Source: Arenicellales bacterium (GTDB lineage Bacteria > Pseudomonadota > Gammaproteobacteria > Arenicellales > JAJDZL01). Taken from it: a stretch of 64,000 nucleotides of DNA. Position numbers and translations under genes: made by a program. This document shows positions 8,912 through 18,623 of this stretch, piece by piece (position 1 is the stretch's first letter; the number at the start of each line of letters is the position of its first letter). The stretch is taken from NCBI GenBank assembly GCA_965214615.1, contig OZ243952.1, positions 2,238,822 through 2,302,821 of the forward strand, in the 5' to 3' direction. Under the pieces are notes generated by a model, which saw only the letters and a list, made by a program, of their open reading frames with translations, was not told the DNA's origin and did no database searches.

Positions 8912-10438
8912 TCACTCGTTTTCCTTTTCGTATTTCGCATAGTACGCACCGAACAGCTTGCGGTGACGAACGATATTCATAGTGATTGTGATCAGCCCTG
9001 CGCCTACCAGAATTCCGCTGATGGGCTCGCTGAACAATGCAAAAATGTTGTAGTCCAGCAAAACCATGGCACGCGAAAAGGTGTCTTCGCCGATTTGACC
9101 GAGTATCACCCCCATCACCAGTCCGGGAATCGAATAGTCGTATCGCCGCATCAGGTATCCGACTATGCCCGCAACAAACATGGTGTAGACATCGAGAATG
9201 TTGCTGCGCAAGGCGAAGGCGCCAATCGTAGCAAAAACCAAAATGGTCGGAGCCAGTACTTGAAACGGAATCCGCAACAGATTGACGATGCCCTTGGCTT
9301 CGATGACGCCGACAAACAAAATTGCCAGACTCGCCCAGAACATGGATGCGAAAAGAACCCAGACCAGGTCTTTCGCTTCAATCATGATTAACGGACCCAC
9401 ATCCATATCATGCAGATTGAACACGGCGATCATCATCGCAGTAAGCGCGCCGCCGGGAAGTCCGAGTGCCAGAAGCGGGATCATCGCCGCTCCCGTAGCG
9501 GCGTTGTTCGCTGTCTCCGGGGCGACTACGCCTTCGGGCTCGCCCTTGCCGAACCGCTCCGGGTGCTTGGACCATCTAACCGCCTCGTTGTAGGACATGA
9601 ACGCCGCGAGCGTTGCGCCGATACCTGGCAGCACGCCGCTGAAAAATCCGATTAGCGCAGATCGGACAACGACGAATTTCATTTTCCAGAACTCGGCGAA
9701 ACTCGGGTATGACACAGACACCTTAGGTGCCTCATATTCTCCTCGCGCCAACTTCAAGCCTTGTACAAAGACTTCTGAAACCGCAAAAAATCCAAGGATC
9801 AGAGGTATGAAGTGAAATCCTCCATGCAAGTACAGCGTGCCGAAATTAAATCGGGGAATGCCGCCGACCGGATCACTTCCTACCGCTCCGATGAGCAAGC
9901 CGGCAAGCAGAGACAGCCAGCCTCGCGCAATTGAATTGGTACCGATTCCAGCGACCACCGCCAGTCCGAAAAACACCAGGGCGAAAATTTCCACAGGACC
10001 GAAATTGCGTACCGCAAAATTAGCGACAGGACCTGTGAACGCCATCATCGCAATCGCAGCCAGAGTGCCGCCGAACGCCGAGCATGTCACCGCATATCCG
10101 ATTGCCTTGCCCGACAGCCCCTGGCGGGTCATCGGGTAGCCGTCAAAGGCGGTTGGAGCGTTCTCCACCGATCCGGGTATATTGAACAGGATCGCCGTCA
10201 CTGCGCCGCCGTACACCCCCGCCACGTAGATGACGCCGTACAGCATGATGGCATGGGTCGAAGACATGTATGCCGTAAACGGCAGCAATACTGCGGCAAG
10301 CGTCAGCAGACTCAATCCTGGAACTGCGCCAAACACCAGCCCGCCGACCAGTCCGACAACGAATATCAGAATGCCGATCGGATCGGTAAACAGCTGCTGG
10401 GTTCCGAATAGAAAATCTGCGAACATCAGGTCAGCCAC
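8912..10438 (-). CDS. tctA: Tripartite tricarboxylate transporter large permease
   Basis: GAVPGL, YGGAVTAILFNIPG, DGYPM, GVLPGIGA, APETANNA, LGLPG; highly hydrophobic. Confidence 0.93.
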   Translation of the reverse strand: MADLMFADFLFGTQQLFTDPIGILIFVVGLVGGLVFGAVPGLSLLTLAAVLLPFTAYMSSTHAIMLYGVIYVAGVYGGAVTAILFNIPGSVENAPTAFDGYPMTRQGLSGKAIGYAVTCSAFGGTLAAIAMMAFTGPVANFAVRNFGPVEIFALVFFGLAVVAGIGTNSIARGWLSLLAGLLIGAVGSDPVGGIPRFNFGTLYLHGGFHFIPLILGFFAVSEVFVQGLKLARGEYEAPKVSVSYPSFAEFWKMKFVVVRSALIGFFSGVLPGIGATLAAFMSYNEAVRWSKHPERFGKGEPEGVVAPETANNAATGAAMIPLLALGLPGGALTAMMIAVFNLHDMDVGPLIMIEAKDLVWVLFASMFWASLAILFVGVIEAKGIVNLLRIPFQVLAPTILVFATIGAFALRSNILDVYTMFVAGIVGYLMRRYDYSIPGLVMGVILGQIGEDTFSRAMVLLDYNIFALFSEPISGILVGAGLITITMNIVRHRKLFGAYYAKYEKENE

Positions 10439-10983
10439 CCCAGTATGAATCCGTTAATTTGATTGAACACTCCGGCACCGGGAGGCAAATAGGTAAATAT
10501 CAGCTTGACAAAGACAAGGACCAGCCCTGCGTAGATGCAAACGGTCAGGATAATCAGCGAACGCAATCGCCGCACCCCCATCAATGCCATGTACACGAAC
10601 AGAAACACCGGAGTAATCAGGAGAAACCCGAGTTTATGCATCAAATAGGTGTAGAGCACCGGCGTCACAAAAATCAGGACAATGCGAACTCTCGTCCTTG
10701 TGTCTAGATGCTCGGCCGGCTGCTCATCGGCATCCTCGCGCTCGGCTGCGGGTCGCGCAGGCTGGCGAAAAAACTCCGAATAGATGATCCATGCCACAGA
10801 TACGAACATGCCAAGCAGAATCGCCCGCGGCCAGTACGCCGGGCCAAAATCGTAAACCGGCAGCGGACCATCGAAGCCGAAAGTCATCGCATAGGCTCCG
10901 CCGGCGACAAACAGCCACGCGAGAACCTCGATCACCAAGGGACGCCTGTGCGGATCCCGCAGGCGGGCGACAAGCCTATCCAT
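10426..10983 (-). CDS. tctB: Tripartite tricarboxylate transporter small permease
   Basis: About four TM segments, GPAYWP motif, LGFL, terminal LPPG; lies between tctC and tctA. Confidence 0.85.
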   Translation of the reverse strand: MDRLVARLRDPHRRPLVIEVLAWLFVAGGAYAMTFGFDGPLPVYDFGPAYWPRAILLGMFVSVAWIIYSEFFRQPARPAAEREDADEQPAEHLDTRTRVRIVLIFVTPVLYTYLMHKLGFLLITPVFLFVYMALMGVRRLRSLIILTVCIYAGLVLVFVKLIFTYLPPGAGVFNQINGFILGWLT

Positions 10984-11074
10984 CAGATGATTGCGTTTGA
11001 ATATGAAAAAACCGTCAACGGCACGCCGGACGCTTGCCGTCAACGGTTCATTTCTATTTCAGGCTGGCCGGAGG

Positions 11075-12100
11075 CTACAAGCCTTCGCGGACATCCATGC
11101 CCAATTCGCGGAACGCGTTTGCGTATGCCGGAACCGACTCTGCCAGGATTTTCGCCGTATCTTCCCGGCTGCGGAACGAATCGACTATGTCAAGGCTCTT
11201 GCGTTTGACGAAAGCCTGATGCTCTTCGGAACGATAGGCTTCGGCAAATACTTCGGCCAGATATTCGACGATTTCAGGCGGCGTCCCCTTTTTCGCGAAC
11301 ATGCCGCGGAATCGCAGCAGCGGCTCCCAGTTGATCCCATAGTCTCCGAAAGACTTGGTGTCCGGAAAATTTTCAAACCGGGTTGGCCAAAGTGCCAGGA
11401 TCGGCTTCAAATTTCCCGCTTCAACGTATTTGGAAACGTCGCCCGGCTGCTCCATCAGGATGTCAAGCTGTCCGCCGATTACTGCGCCGAAACGCTCGGC
11501 AGACTTGCCTGTCAGAACCTGCTTGACCTTGATGCCGAAGTGATTTTCGATAACCGCCATGGACACCAGTTCCAGCGGAATATTGATGTTGGACGCCGTC
11601 AGCAAATCCGGTTCCTGCTTGGCATATGCGATCAGCTTGTCGAAATCCGGAACCCCGTCGGTTTGGAAACGCTCATCGTCACCGTTGATGAACAGCATCG
11701 TCGGCGCGACATTCATGATCACCAGGGACTCCACATCTTCGATCGGATTGATGTCAATGCGGCCTTCGACGTAGCGCGAAGACAATGTATCGATATGCTG
11801 AAGCAGCGTATAGCCGTCTGCAGGGGCTTGCAGAAATTCAGGCAGGCAGTTCAATCCGCCGCCGCCTGTAATATTGATTTTGTTTATTTTTGCTCCCATA
11901 ATCTCGGCCGCAGGCCCGACAATGGCATCCACAGCCTGATCGGAGCCTCCGCCCTTCCCATAGCAGCAAATCACAGTTATGGGGCGTTCAGGGTAGCCTC
12001 CCGGCCCGGCTGCGCCAGCCGACATCGATGCGAACGCACCAAACACGGCCATACTCGCCGAAACAACGGCAAGGACAATTTTACTGATTGAATTTTTCAT
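11075..12100 (-). CDS. tctC: Tripartite tricarboxylate transporter substrate-binding protein (TctC/Bug)
   Basis: Signal peptide, YPERPITVI..YGKGGGSD, PADGYTL, KGTPPEIV. Confidence 0.9.
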   Translation of the reverse strand: MKNSISKIVLAVVSASMAVFGAFASMSAGAAGPGGYPERPITVICCYGKGGGSDQAVDAIVGPAAEIMGAKINKINITGGGGLNCLPEFLQAPADGYTLLQHIDTLSSRYVEGRIDINPIEDVESLVIMNVAPTMLFINGDDERFQTDGVPDFDKLIAYAKQEPDLLTASNINIPLELVSMAVIENHFGIKVKQVLTGKSAERFGAVIGGQLDILMEQPGDVSKYVEAGNLKPILALWPTRFENFPDTKSFGDYGINWEPLLRFRGMFAKKGTPPEIVEYLAEVFAEAYRSEEHQAFVKRKSLDIVDSFRSREDTAKILAESVPAYANAFRELGMDVREGL

Positions 12101-12328
12101 GCATCTCACTCCCATGAAGTTATATTGTTGCGGCAATTTTATACGAACGATTGCGCAGTGTTTGCAAATTCATCGGTTAGTTTCGCACCGCACTCCCTGT
12201 TGGCACTTCCCATCGGCGTTCAAAACCTGAATCGACAACTGCTTCGGTCCTGATTCGGCTCGCGATTCTGCGCTATGACCGGCCGATATCGCAGCCGAAC
12301 ACGAAACCGACGCCGCGGTCTGTTCTGA

Positions 12329-13126
12329 CTAGGCAAGGTCCGGATTCTGTCCATGCGCATCACTCGTCTGTGCCAGAGACTCGGTATGGCCATCCACCGC
12401 CAGAGCCTGACCACTGATACGCGCACCGCGTTGCGAGCAAACGAACAGCACCATTTGCGCGATATCGTCCACTTCGACGAATTGCCGCAGCGACACTTGA
12501 CGCTCGAACTGGCGGCGCACATCGTCCGGCTCAAGCCTGCGGGTCCTGGCCTCGGCCTGGATCACCTGATCCATGCGCGGACCGGATACAGACCCGGGGC
12601 AGATAGCGTTTACACGGATGCCGAAACTTCCCAGTTCCATCGCCATGGACTTGGTCAGCCCTATGACTCCCCACTTTGCCGCCGCATACGGCGTGCGCAA
12701 GGGAAAGCCGAACTGTCCCGCAGTGGAAGAAAGATTGACGATGGACCCGCTTCTTGCGCTCTTCATTAGCGGGATCGCCTTTTTCGACCACAGAAACGTA
12801 CTGACCAGATTGATCCGCAGCGTCTCGTTGAAATCGTCCGCACTCAACTGTTCGAGAGGACCGTTTGGACCGGCGACTCCGGCGTTGTTGACCAGCACAT
12901 CAAGACGTCCGTCCATGCTAGAGGCGATGGTGTCGAACACCGCATCGACATCCTTTTCGCTCCCTGCATCCGCCAAATAGGCTGTAATCGAATGGCTTGA
13001 AGCATTGACCTGCCCGACCCTGGCAGGATCAATATCACACACATGCACCGAATCGCCCTGCTTTTCGAACGCTTTTGCAATGGCAAATCCAATACCCGAT
13101 GCGCCGCCGGTAATCAGTACATTCAT
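12329..13126 (-). CDS. Short-chain dehydrogenase/reductase
   Basis: TGGASGIG, NNAG, YAAAK catalytic motif, VNAICPG. Confidence 0.93.
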   Translation of the reverse strand: MNVLITGGASGIGFAIAKAFEKQGDSVHVCDIDPARVGQVNASSHSITAYLADAGSEKDVDAVFDTIASSMDGRLDVLVNNAGVAGPNGPLEQLSADDFNETLRINLVSTFLWSKKAIPLMKSARSGSIVNLSSTAGQFGFPLRTPYAAAKWGVIGLTKSMAMELGSFGIRVNAICPGSVSGPRMDQVIQAEARTRRLEPDDVRRQFERQVSLRQFVEVDDIAQMVLFVCSQRGARISGQALAVDGHTESLAQTSDAHGQNPDLA

Positions 13127-13139
13127 AGCTCAATCCAAT

Positions 13140-14483
13140 CTAAAGGTCCAGCACCAGACAACGCTCGTGCGCGGCGGCGCGCGAAGCGCAAAGTGCCAGA
13201 TGACCGCAATCAATCCAATCCATGGCGCCAGCGTCCGGATGCGCCGTGTCGCCGTGAAAAAACCGCACTCGGCACCGGCCGCAGGAGCCGTCGGCACACT
13301 CATAGTCTGCCGGATACCCGTTTGCATTCAGCGCATCGATGATCGTCTGATTCGCTCCGACGCTGATTCTTTTGCGCCGACGCGAAAGCACCACGTCAAA
13401 CTCGCTGCCAGAAGGTCCGCGAACAGCGTCTGTCACAATGGAAGCTTGGCGCATCGGAGCGTGCACTTTAGAAAATTCGCTGCAAAAATCCACAAACCGT
13501 CGTGGGCCGCAAACATGCACCTGAACATCGCTACCACGATCAGCCGTCGCCTCGGACCAGGCCGCATCCAAACAAGCTAAGTCCTGTAGATGAAAGGCTC
13601 CACCGTGGCGATCGAAGCCGGCAGGCGATTGGCGCATAGGCACATTGAGGGGTTCGTCGCTGCAAATGCCCGCCAATTCCTGAACGTGCGGCAATTCAAC
13701 GCCGGTTTCACCCTGTTGGCTGTCGAAAAAGCAATGTACCTCGAACCTGGCGCCGACGCTCTTGAAATGCCTGCATAGGGAAAGAGCCGAAGCCATTCCG
13801 AAACCGCAAGCGAAAATGAGGTGCGCACTTGCTGCGTCATCCAATGCCATTTGGCACTTCGGACGGGTTGACTGCACAGTTGCCCCGGCGGTCAAACGAT
13901 TGCGAATCCGGTCGGCCTCCTCCAATTCATAGCTGTCGAGCCAGACGCTGACGGCGTATGCGCGATCATCAGTCCGGTCACCTGTCATCCAGCACGAAAT
14001 CTTTCGTCCGTCATCGGCAATCAGCAGGTCGATATGTGATCCTGACTGAAACGCAGGAAGGATCGATCCTTGCTCGCCGTACAGCTTCAAGCCGATCACT
14101 TCAGGCGCCAAATCCACGCACTCACCTACGGTGAGCTCCATTCGTTCGGCGCCATCGAAAGGCAGTATCTCCAAGCCGTCTTCAAGCATCAGGCGCTCTA
14201 CCCGGCGATCCTCAATCACATGCGTCTGAAGAATTTCATCAATATCCTCAGTCGTCTCGCAGCGGTACCAGACCCCTTCGGGATAGATCACCATGGCCGG
14301 ACCGAGCTCGCACCTTTCCAGGCACCCGGACATATTGACGCGGATGTCGTTCAGCTTCAATTGCCGGGCGCGGGATTTCATGTAGTTTCTAAGTTCAGCC
14401 GAACCTCGCGCGCTGCAACAGCCCCTGGGATGCTTGCTTTCTCGTTCATTGACGCAGCAGAAAATGTGCTTACGGTAATGCAT
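13140..14483 (-). CDS. Fusion of a thioredoxin-like [2Fe-2S] ferredoxin and a PDR/VanB-type oxidoreductase with C-terminal plant-type [2Fe-2S]
   Basis: N-terminus HIFCC..RGCC...SGCLERCELGP..VIYPEGVWY; middle LPAFQSGSHID and VHVCGP; C-terminus ECADGSCGRC...LCASRA...LVLDL. Confidence 0.8.
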   Translation of the reverse strand: MHYRKHIFCCVNERESKHPRGCCSARGSAELRNYMKSRARQLKLNDIRVNMSGCLERCELGPAMVIYPEGVWYRCETTEDIDEILQTHVIEDRRVERLMLEDGLEILPFDGAERMELTVGECVDLAPEVIGLKLYGEQGSILPAFQSGSHIDLLIADDGRKISCWMTGDRTDDRAYAVSVWLDSYELEEADRIRNRLTAGATVQSTRPKCQMALDDAASAHLIFACGFGMASALSLCRHFKSVGARFEVHCFFDSQQGETGVELPHVQELAGICSDEPLNVPMRQSPAGFDRHGGAFHLQDLACLDAAWSEATADRGSDVQVHVCGPRRFVDFCSEFSKVHAPMRQASIVTDAVRGPSGSEFDVVLSRRRKRISVGANQTIIDALNANGYPADYECADGSCGRCRVRFFHGDTAHPDAGAMDWIDCGHLALCASRAAAHERCLVLDL

Positions 14484-14564
14484 GTCGTCGAATTATTGCA
14501 ATTTCAAGATTTGTCCATACTCCCGACTTCGGGCGCCGAATCCGGCTTTTCATCGAGCCTTGGC

Positions 14565-15662
14565 CTAGTGATCGTGCCGCACAGACGGCCGGCAGCGCAA
14601 GTATTGATTCGGGTATGGCATATCATAGCCGAGCGCGTCAGCGGCATGCCATGCCCATCTCGGATCATAGAGCATGCCTCTTGCCAGCGCGACGACATCG
14701 GCAGCCCCCGAGGCAATGATGCTTTCAGCCTGATCCGGCTCGGTGATCATGCCGACTGCGATGGTTGGGATCCCGGTGCGTTCGCGCAGTTCCCTGGACA
14801 GACCCACCTGATAGCCTGGGCCGGTCCGGATTGCCTGATGCGGCACCAGTCCGCCACTTGACACATCGAGCCAGTCACACCCCAGAGCCTTGAGGTGAGT
14901 CGCAAACTCTGCAGTGTCGTCCATCGTCAGCCCTCCGGGAGCCCAGTCGATGGCGGAAACGCGCACGCCGACAGGATAATCATGATTGAACTCGGCCCTT
15001 ATCGCTTCGAATACTTCAAGCGGGAATCGCATCCGGCCTTTTCGAGATCCGCCGTACTCGTCGGTTCGCTGATTCGTAAGCGGCGACAGGAATTGGTGCA
15101 GCAGGTATCCGTGCGCGGCGTGCATCTCGATCGCCTCGAAGCCTATGCGGCTCGCGCGGGCCGCCGATCTTGCGAATGACCGGACCAGATTGCGAATTTC
15201 CTGTACGCTCAGTTCCCTCGGCGTCAGCGAGTCCTTCGAATAGGGAATCGCAGAAGGAGCCACAGGCTGCCATCCTCCGTCTGATTGCATGACCGGATGG
15301 CGCCCCTGCCATGGCGGCGCCGTCGAAGCCTTGCGCCCGGCATGCGCCAGCTGAATGCCGATCGGGACGGGACCGATTCTCGAGCAGAACCGGCGCAGTT
15401 CGGTAAGCGCATTTTCGCAGTCATCGCTATACAGGCCGACGCAGAACGGACTGATTCGGCCAATCGGCTCCACATTGGTCATCTCGATCACCAAAAGACC
15501 TGCTCCTCCCAGAGCAAATTGGCCCAGGTGCGCACGATGCCAATCCGAAACGCAGCCGTCGGTCGAAGAGTATTGGCACATCGGCGAAACCATGACGCGG
15601 TTCGGCATCGTAAGCTGACGGAATTGAATTGGACGAAATAGCGCGGGAGTTCCGTTATCCAT
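14565..15662 (-). CDS. NADH:flavin oxidoreductase / old yellow enzyme (NamA/XenA-like)
   Basis: NRVMVSPMCQYS, QLAHAGRKAS, HAAHGYLLHQFLSPLTNQRTDEYGG. Confidence 0.93.
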   Translation of the reverse strand: MDNGTPALFRPIQFRQLTMPNRVMVSPMCQYSSTDGCVSDWHRAHLGQFALGGAGLLVIEMTNVEPIGRISPFCVGLYSDDCENALTELRRFCSRIGPVPIGIQLAHAGRKASTAPPWQGRHPVMQSDGGWQPVAPSAIPYSKDSLTPRELSVQEIRNLVRSFARSAARASRIGFEAIEMHAAHGYLLHQFLSPLTNQRTDEYGGSRKGRMRFPLEVFEAIRAEFNHDYPVGVRVSAIDWAPGGLTMDDTAEFATHLKALGCDWLDVSSGGLVPHQAIRTGPGYQVGLSRELRERTGIPTIAVGMITEPDQAESIIASGAADVVALARGMLYDPRWAWHAADALGYDMPYPNQYLRCRPSVRHDH

Positions 15663-15774
15663 GCAATCTCCTGTTGTGGCTGCCGAGTAAAGTCTTAAAA
15701 TGTGTCATCTGCCGAACGAGGCATATTCTATAAACCATCTTTGCCCCATTCAGCGGCGCGAGAGGCTCCTGTTC

Positions 15775-16602
15775 ATGCCAGAGCGAAATACCATATCCGA
15801 ATATTTGAGATTTGCGAACCTCGTAGCCGACCGCGCACGCCCGATCGCGCTGAGCGGGTTTCGCTCCGGCTGCGATGTCTCATACAAGGCGGACCGCACG
15901 GTCGTCACTGAAAAAGACATAGAGATTGAAACTGTTGTTCGGGCAATGGTCGCAGAAACCTACCCCGATCACGGAATTATCGGCGAGGAATTCGAGCCGT
16001 TGCAAGCCGATTCGCCCTATGTGTGGGTTGTGGACCCGATCGACGGCACCGAAGCCTATGCCTACGGACTGCCCACTTTCGGCATTTTGCTCTGCCTGGC
16101 CCGGGACGGGGTTCCCGTGGCCAGTGTCATCGACCTGCCCGCACTTGGCGAACGCTGGTGCGGAGCAACAGGTCTGCCGACAACGTGGCAGGGGGATCCT
16201 TGCCGTTCAAAATCTACAGGATCGCTGGATTCTGCGATAGTATTTGCATCTTCAATCGATATGTTCAACCAAGCGGAGAAGCGCGTTTTCGACAGGGTAT
16301 CTCAGATTGCACGGCACAGACGATTCGGAATCGACTGCTATGCCTACGGCATGCTCGCCTGCGGCTATGCCGACGTTGTCATGGAGGCGGCGATGAAGAC
16401 CGTAGACTACATGGCACTGGCTCCGGTGGTAGCCGGGTCCGGCGGCGTGATCACCGACTGGCAAGGTCGGGCGCTGACACTTGAGTCGCAAGGCACAGTG
16501 CTGGCGGTGTCAAATCCGGCGCTGCACGAGCAGTGCCTTGCTGCGATTCGCGAGACGAAGCAGCAGATACAGACCGATCAGAGATCTCCGGGAACACCGT
16601 AG
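15775..16602 (+). CDS. Inositol monophosphatase family protein (HisN-like histidinol-phosphatase)
   Basis: VTEKD, GEE, WVVDPIDGT, DCYAYGMLACG, GGVITDWQG. Confidence 0.85.
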   Translation: MPERNTISEYLRFANLVADRARPIALSGFRSGCDVSYKADRTVVTEKDIEIETVVRAMVAETYPDHGIIGEEFEPLQADSPYVWVVDPIDGTEAYAYGLPTFGILLCLARDGVPVASVIDLPALGERWCGATGLPTTWQGDPCRSKSTGSLDSAIVFASSIDMFNQAEKRVFDRVSQIARHRRFGIDCYAYGMLACGYADVVMEAAMKTVDYMALAPVVAGSGGVITDWQGRALTLESQGTVLAVSNPALHEQCLAAIRETKQQIQTDQRSPGTP

Positions 16603-17258
16603 GACGGCGCGTCTTCAGGCGAAAGCGCGCGCAGCAGGTAGTCTCTCATTTGGGGATTGAAATCCTCCCAGAGCTTTCTCAAGGCACCAACGGCGTCGGC
16701 ATCGTGCCAGTCGACGCGCAAGTCGACCTCCGGCCACGAATACCGACTGGCAACCAGCAGCGCCGCCGAATGGACATCGCCTTGCTCGCCGCCGGCCGCG
16801 ATGCCGGCTTCAAGCGCACCCAGAAGCGACTCTGCCAGATGCTGATTCTTGCTCCGGCTTTCAAAGGCGCGGACCATCGCGGATGGAACGTCGGTATTCG
16901 CAAGAAGGTTTCCGCCGGCGGCGCAGCAATCTCCGACCGCTACGGCATGGGTTCCAAGGGTCAGGCTGCCGGTAAGGTGGCCAATATTGCCGGCAGCGTC
17001 GATTGCCACAATCTGGCGGTATTGAATGTACTGCTTTGACTGTGCAAGTTCGTCAATCGCTGCAGCCGGTGTCTTGCCCTCGCCTATTGCATCGAGGATC
17101 GCGTTGCCAAGAGACGGATCGGTAATGTTCTGAGTGGCAACCGCGCCCACCCCGGCACGGACCCACGGGCATCTGCTGCCCACCGCTATGCTCGACGTCG
17201 TAATGGCTATGCCGACGCGATGGGCATTTTTGTCGCATGCGACAATGGAGAATGTCAT
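16578..17258 (-). CDS. DUF1028 family protein (Ntn-hydrolase-like)
   Basis: MTFSIVA N-terminus, GVGAVATQ, YRQ, GNLLA, SAAL, DLRVD. Confidence 0.88.
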   Translation of the reverse strand: MTFSIVACDKNAHRVGIAITTSSIAVGSRCPWVRAGVGAVATQNITDPSLGNAILDAIGEGKTPAAAIDELAQSKQYIQYRQIVAIDAAGNIGHLTGSLTLGTHAVAVGDCCAAGGNLLANTDVPSAMVRAFESRSKNQHLAESLLGALEAGIAAGGEQGDVHSAALLVASRYSWPEVDLRVDWHDADAVGALRKLWEDFNPQMRDYLLRALSPEDAPSYGVPGDL

Positions 17259-18130
17259 TGGCCCGTTCCCGTCCTGGCCGAAGGCTGGCCCTGTACTTGA
17301 AAAAAGGAATCTTCGCTGTACGGCGTGCGAATTTCTATGGATGTCGACTTGAGCCGGGCGACCGGGCTCGGCTTGCCGCGCACGATCATCCCTGAATACG
17401 GCGACGGTACCGCCGGAGGCAGAAGTTCAAAGCAGTCGGCTGCGTTGTAGTCGCAGATCAGCAGGCGTCGCGGCCTGGTATCGCGATTGCTCTCAGACCC
17501 GTGCACCATCCACGTATGGATAAAGCACACGTCACCGCGGTTTGCTTCAATTGGCACTTCGGTGCGCCTGAATTGAGGATAGAAGGACGGATCAATCTGG
17601 CCGGTAAACTTGCCGTTCTGGCAGTGCGTATACGGGGTTCTGTGCGAACCGGGAACGACCTTCAGGCAGCCGTTCGACAGCGTGGCATCATCCAGCATCA
17701 ACAGTACGGCAAGCATGTCGTCGTTGGTATGCGGGTCATAGGCATGATCCTGATGGTAATGAACGACGGCGTCCATGCCGGGCAGCTTGATATTCAGCTT
17801 GCAGTGGTGGAACTTGATGTCAGGCCCGAGCAACTGGGCAGCCATGTCGGTGATGGGACTGTCCCAGAGTGCGTCTCGGTAGGGCTGGGAAATATCGGCC
17901 GGATTGGCAACGCGGCGAAGCTTGGGGGAATTGGACGTATGTCCGACTTCCAGATCGAACCTGGCCTTGCCGTCCATCGTTGAACCATAGTTCGATTGAT
18001 GCTTGCGGCTGTCTTGAATCCATTCGTCCAACTGCCTGTCCATTGCCTGCATCAAGGCTTCGCTGATACCGGATGGCGCTACAGCGTAGCCGTGCTCCCA
18101 AAAGTGATTGATTTTCTGTTTGCTAAGCAT
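17255..18130 (-). CDS. Phytanoyl-CoA dioxygenase (PhyH) family Fe(II)/2-oxoglutarate dioxygenase
   Basis: GY near the N-terminus, KLNIK, HQD facial-triad motif, NGCLKVVPGSH, GDV..H...HGS..N...R. Confidence 0.9.
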   Translation of the reverse strand: MLSKQKINHFWEHGYAVAPSGISEALMQAMDRQLDEWIQDSRKHQSNYGSTMDGKARFDLEVGHTSNSPKLRRVANPADISQPYRDALWDSPITDMAAQLLGPDIKFHHCKLNIKLPGMDAVVHYHQDHAYDPHTNDDMLAVLLMLDDATLSNGCLKVVPGSHRTPYTHCQNGKFTGQIDPSFYPQFRRTEVPIEANRGDVCFIHTWMVHGSESNRDTRPRRLLICDYNAADCFELLPPAVPSPYSGMIVRGKPSPVARLKSTSIEIRTPYSEDSFFQVQGQPSARTGTGQ

Positions 18131-18623
18131 CTTGCAATGAATTTGTCCGCAATCGGTATTTAAACTTGATTCTGCAATTGTCGAGTTTCGGCACAATTAT
18201 ACAAACGGTGCGATGTGTGGCTTCTGACGAATTTGGCAAGCAGCAAATCTCATTACGGCATCCGCATTTTCTGTTTTGGCAAACGATCGTCAACTCGGTT
18301 TTGTTGAGAGTGCGGCGGTTTCGGATTCCGCAGTCGCGGGTTTTGCGGAGCAGGATAAGCACTGCCGTAATGGCCTGGTTTTCCTAAAATCTGACCGTTG
18401 CGTCCGCGACGCTCTACGAACGGCATGCATCACTGACGCGGCCAGTGTTATATCCCGCGTCTTCATCCGGGAGACGAGATTCAGAAAAATCATTCCGTCA
18501 GAGAATTAATTTTCAATTGACGCTGCCGTGCGGGGCGACGATCATCGATCGACACTTGACAGCGCCCGGTGCACACTTAAAGCCGCCGCGGCCATGATTG
18601 CACGGAATTCGATGATCGAGGCT

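Noticed and set aside
16578-16602. 25-bp convergent 3' overlap of the IMPase and DUF1028 genes
   Set aside because: Short tail-to-tail overlaps are common and not evidence of a special mechanism.
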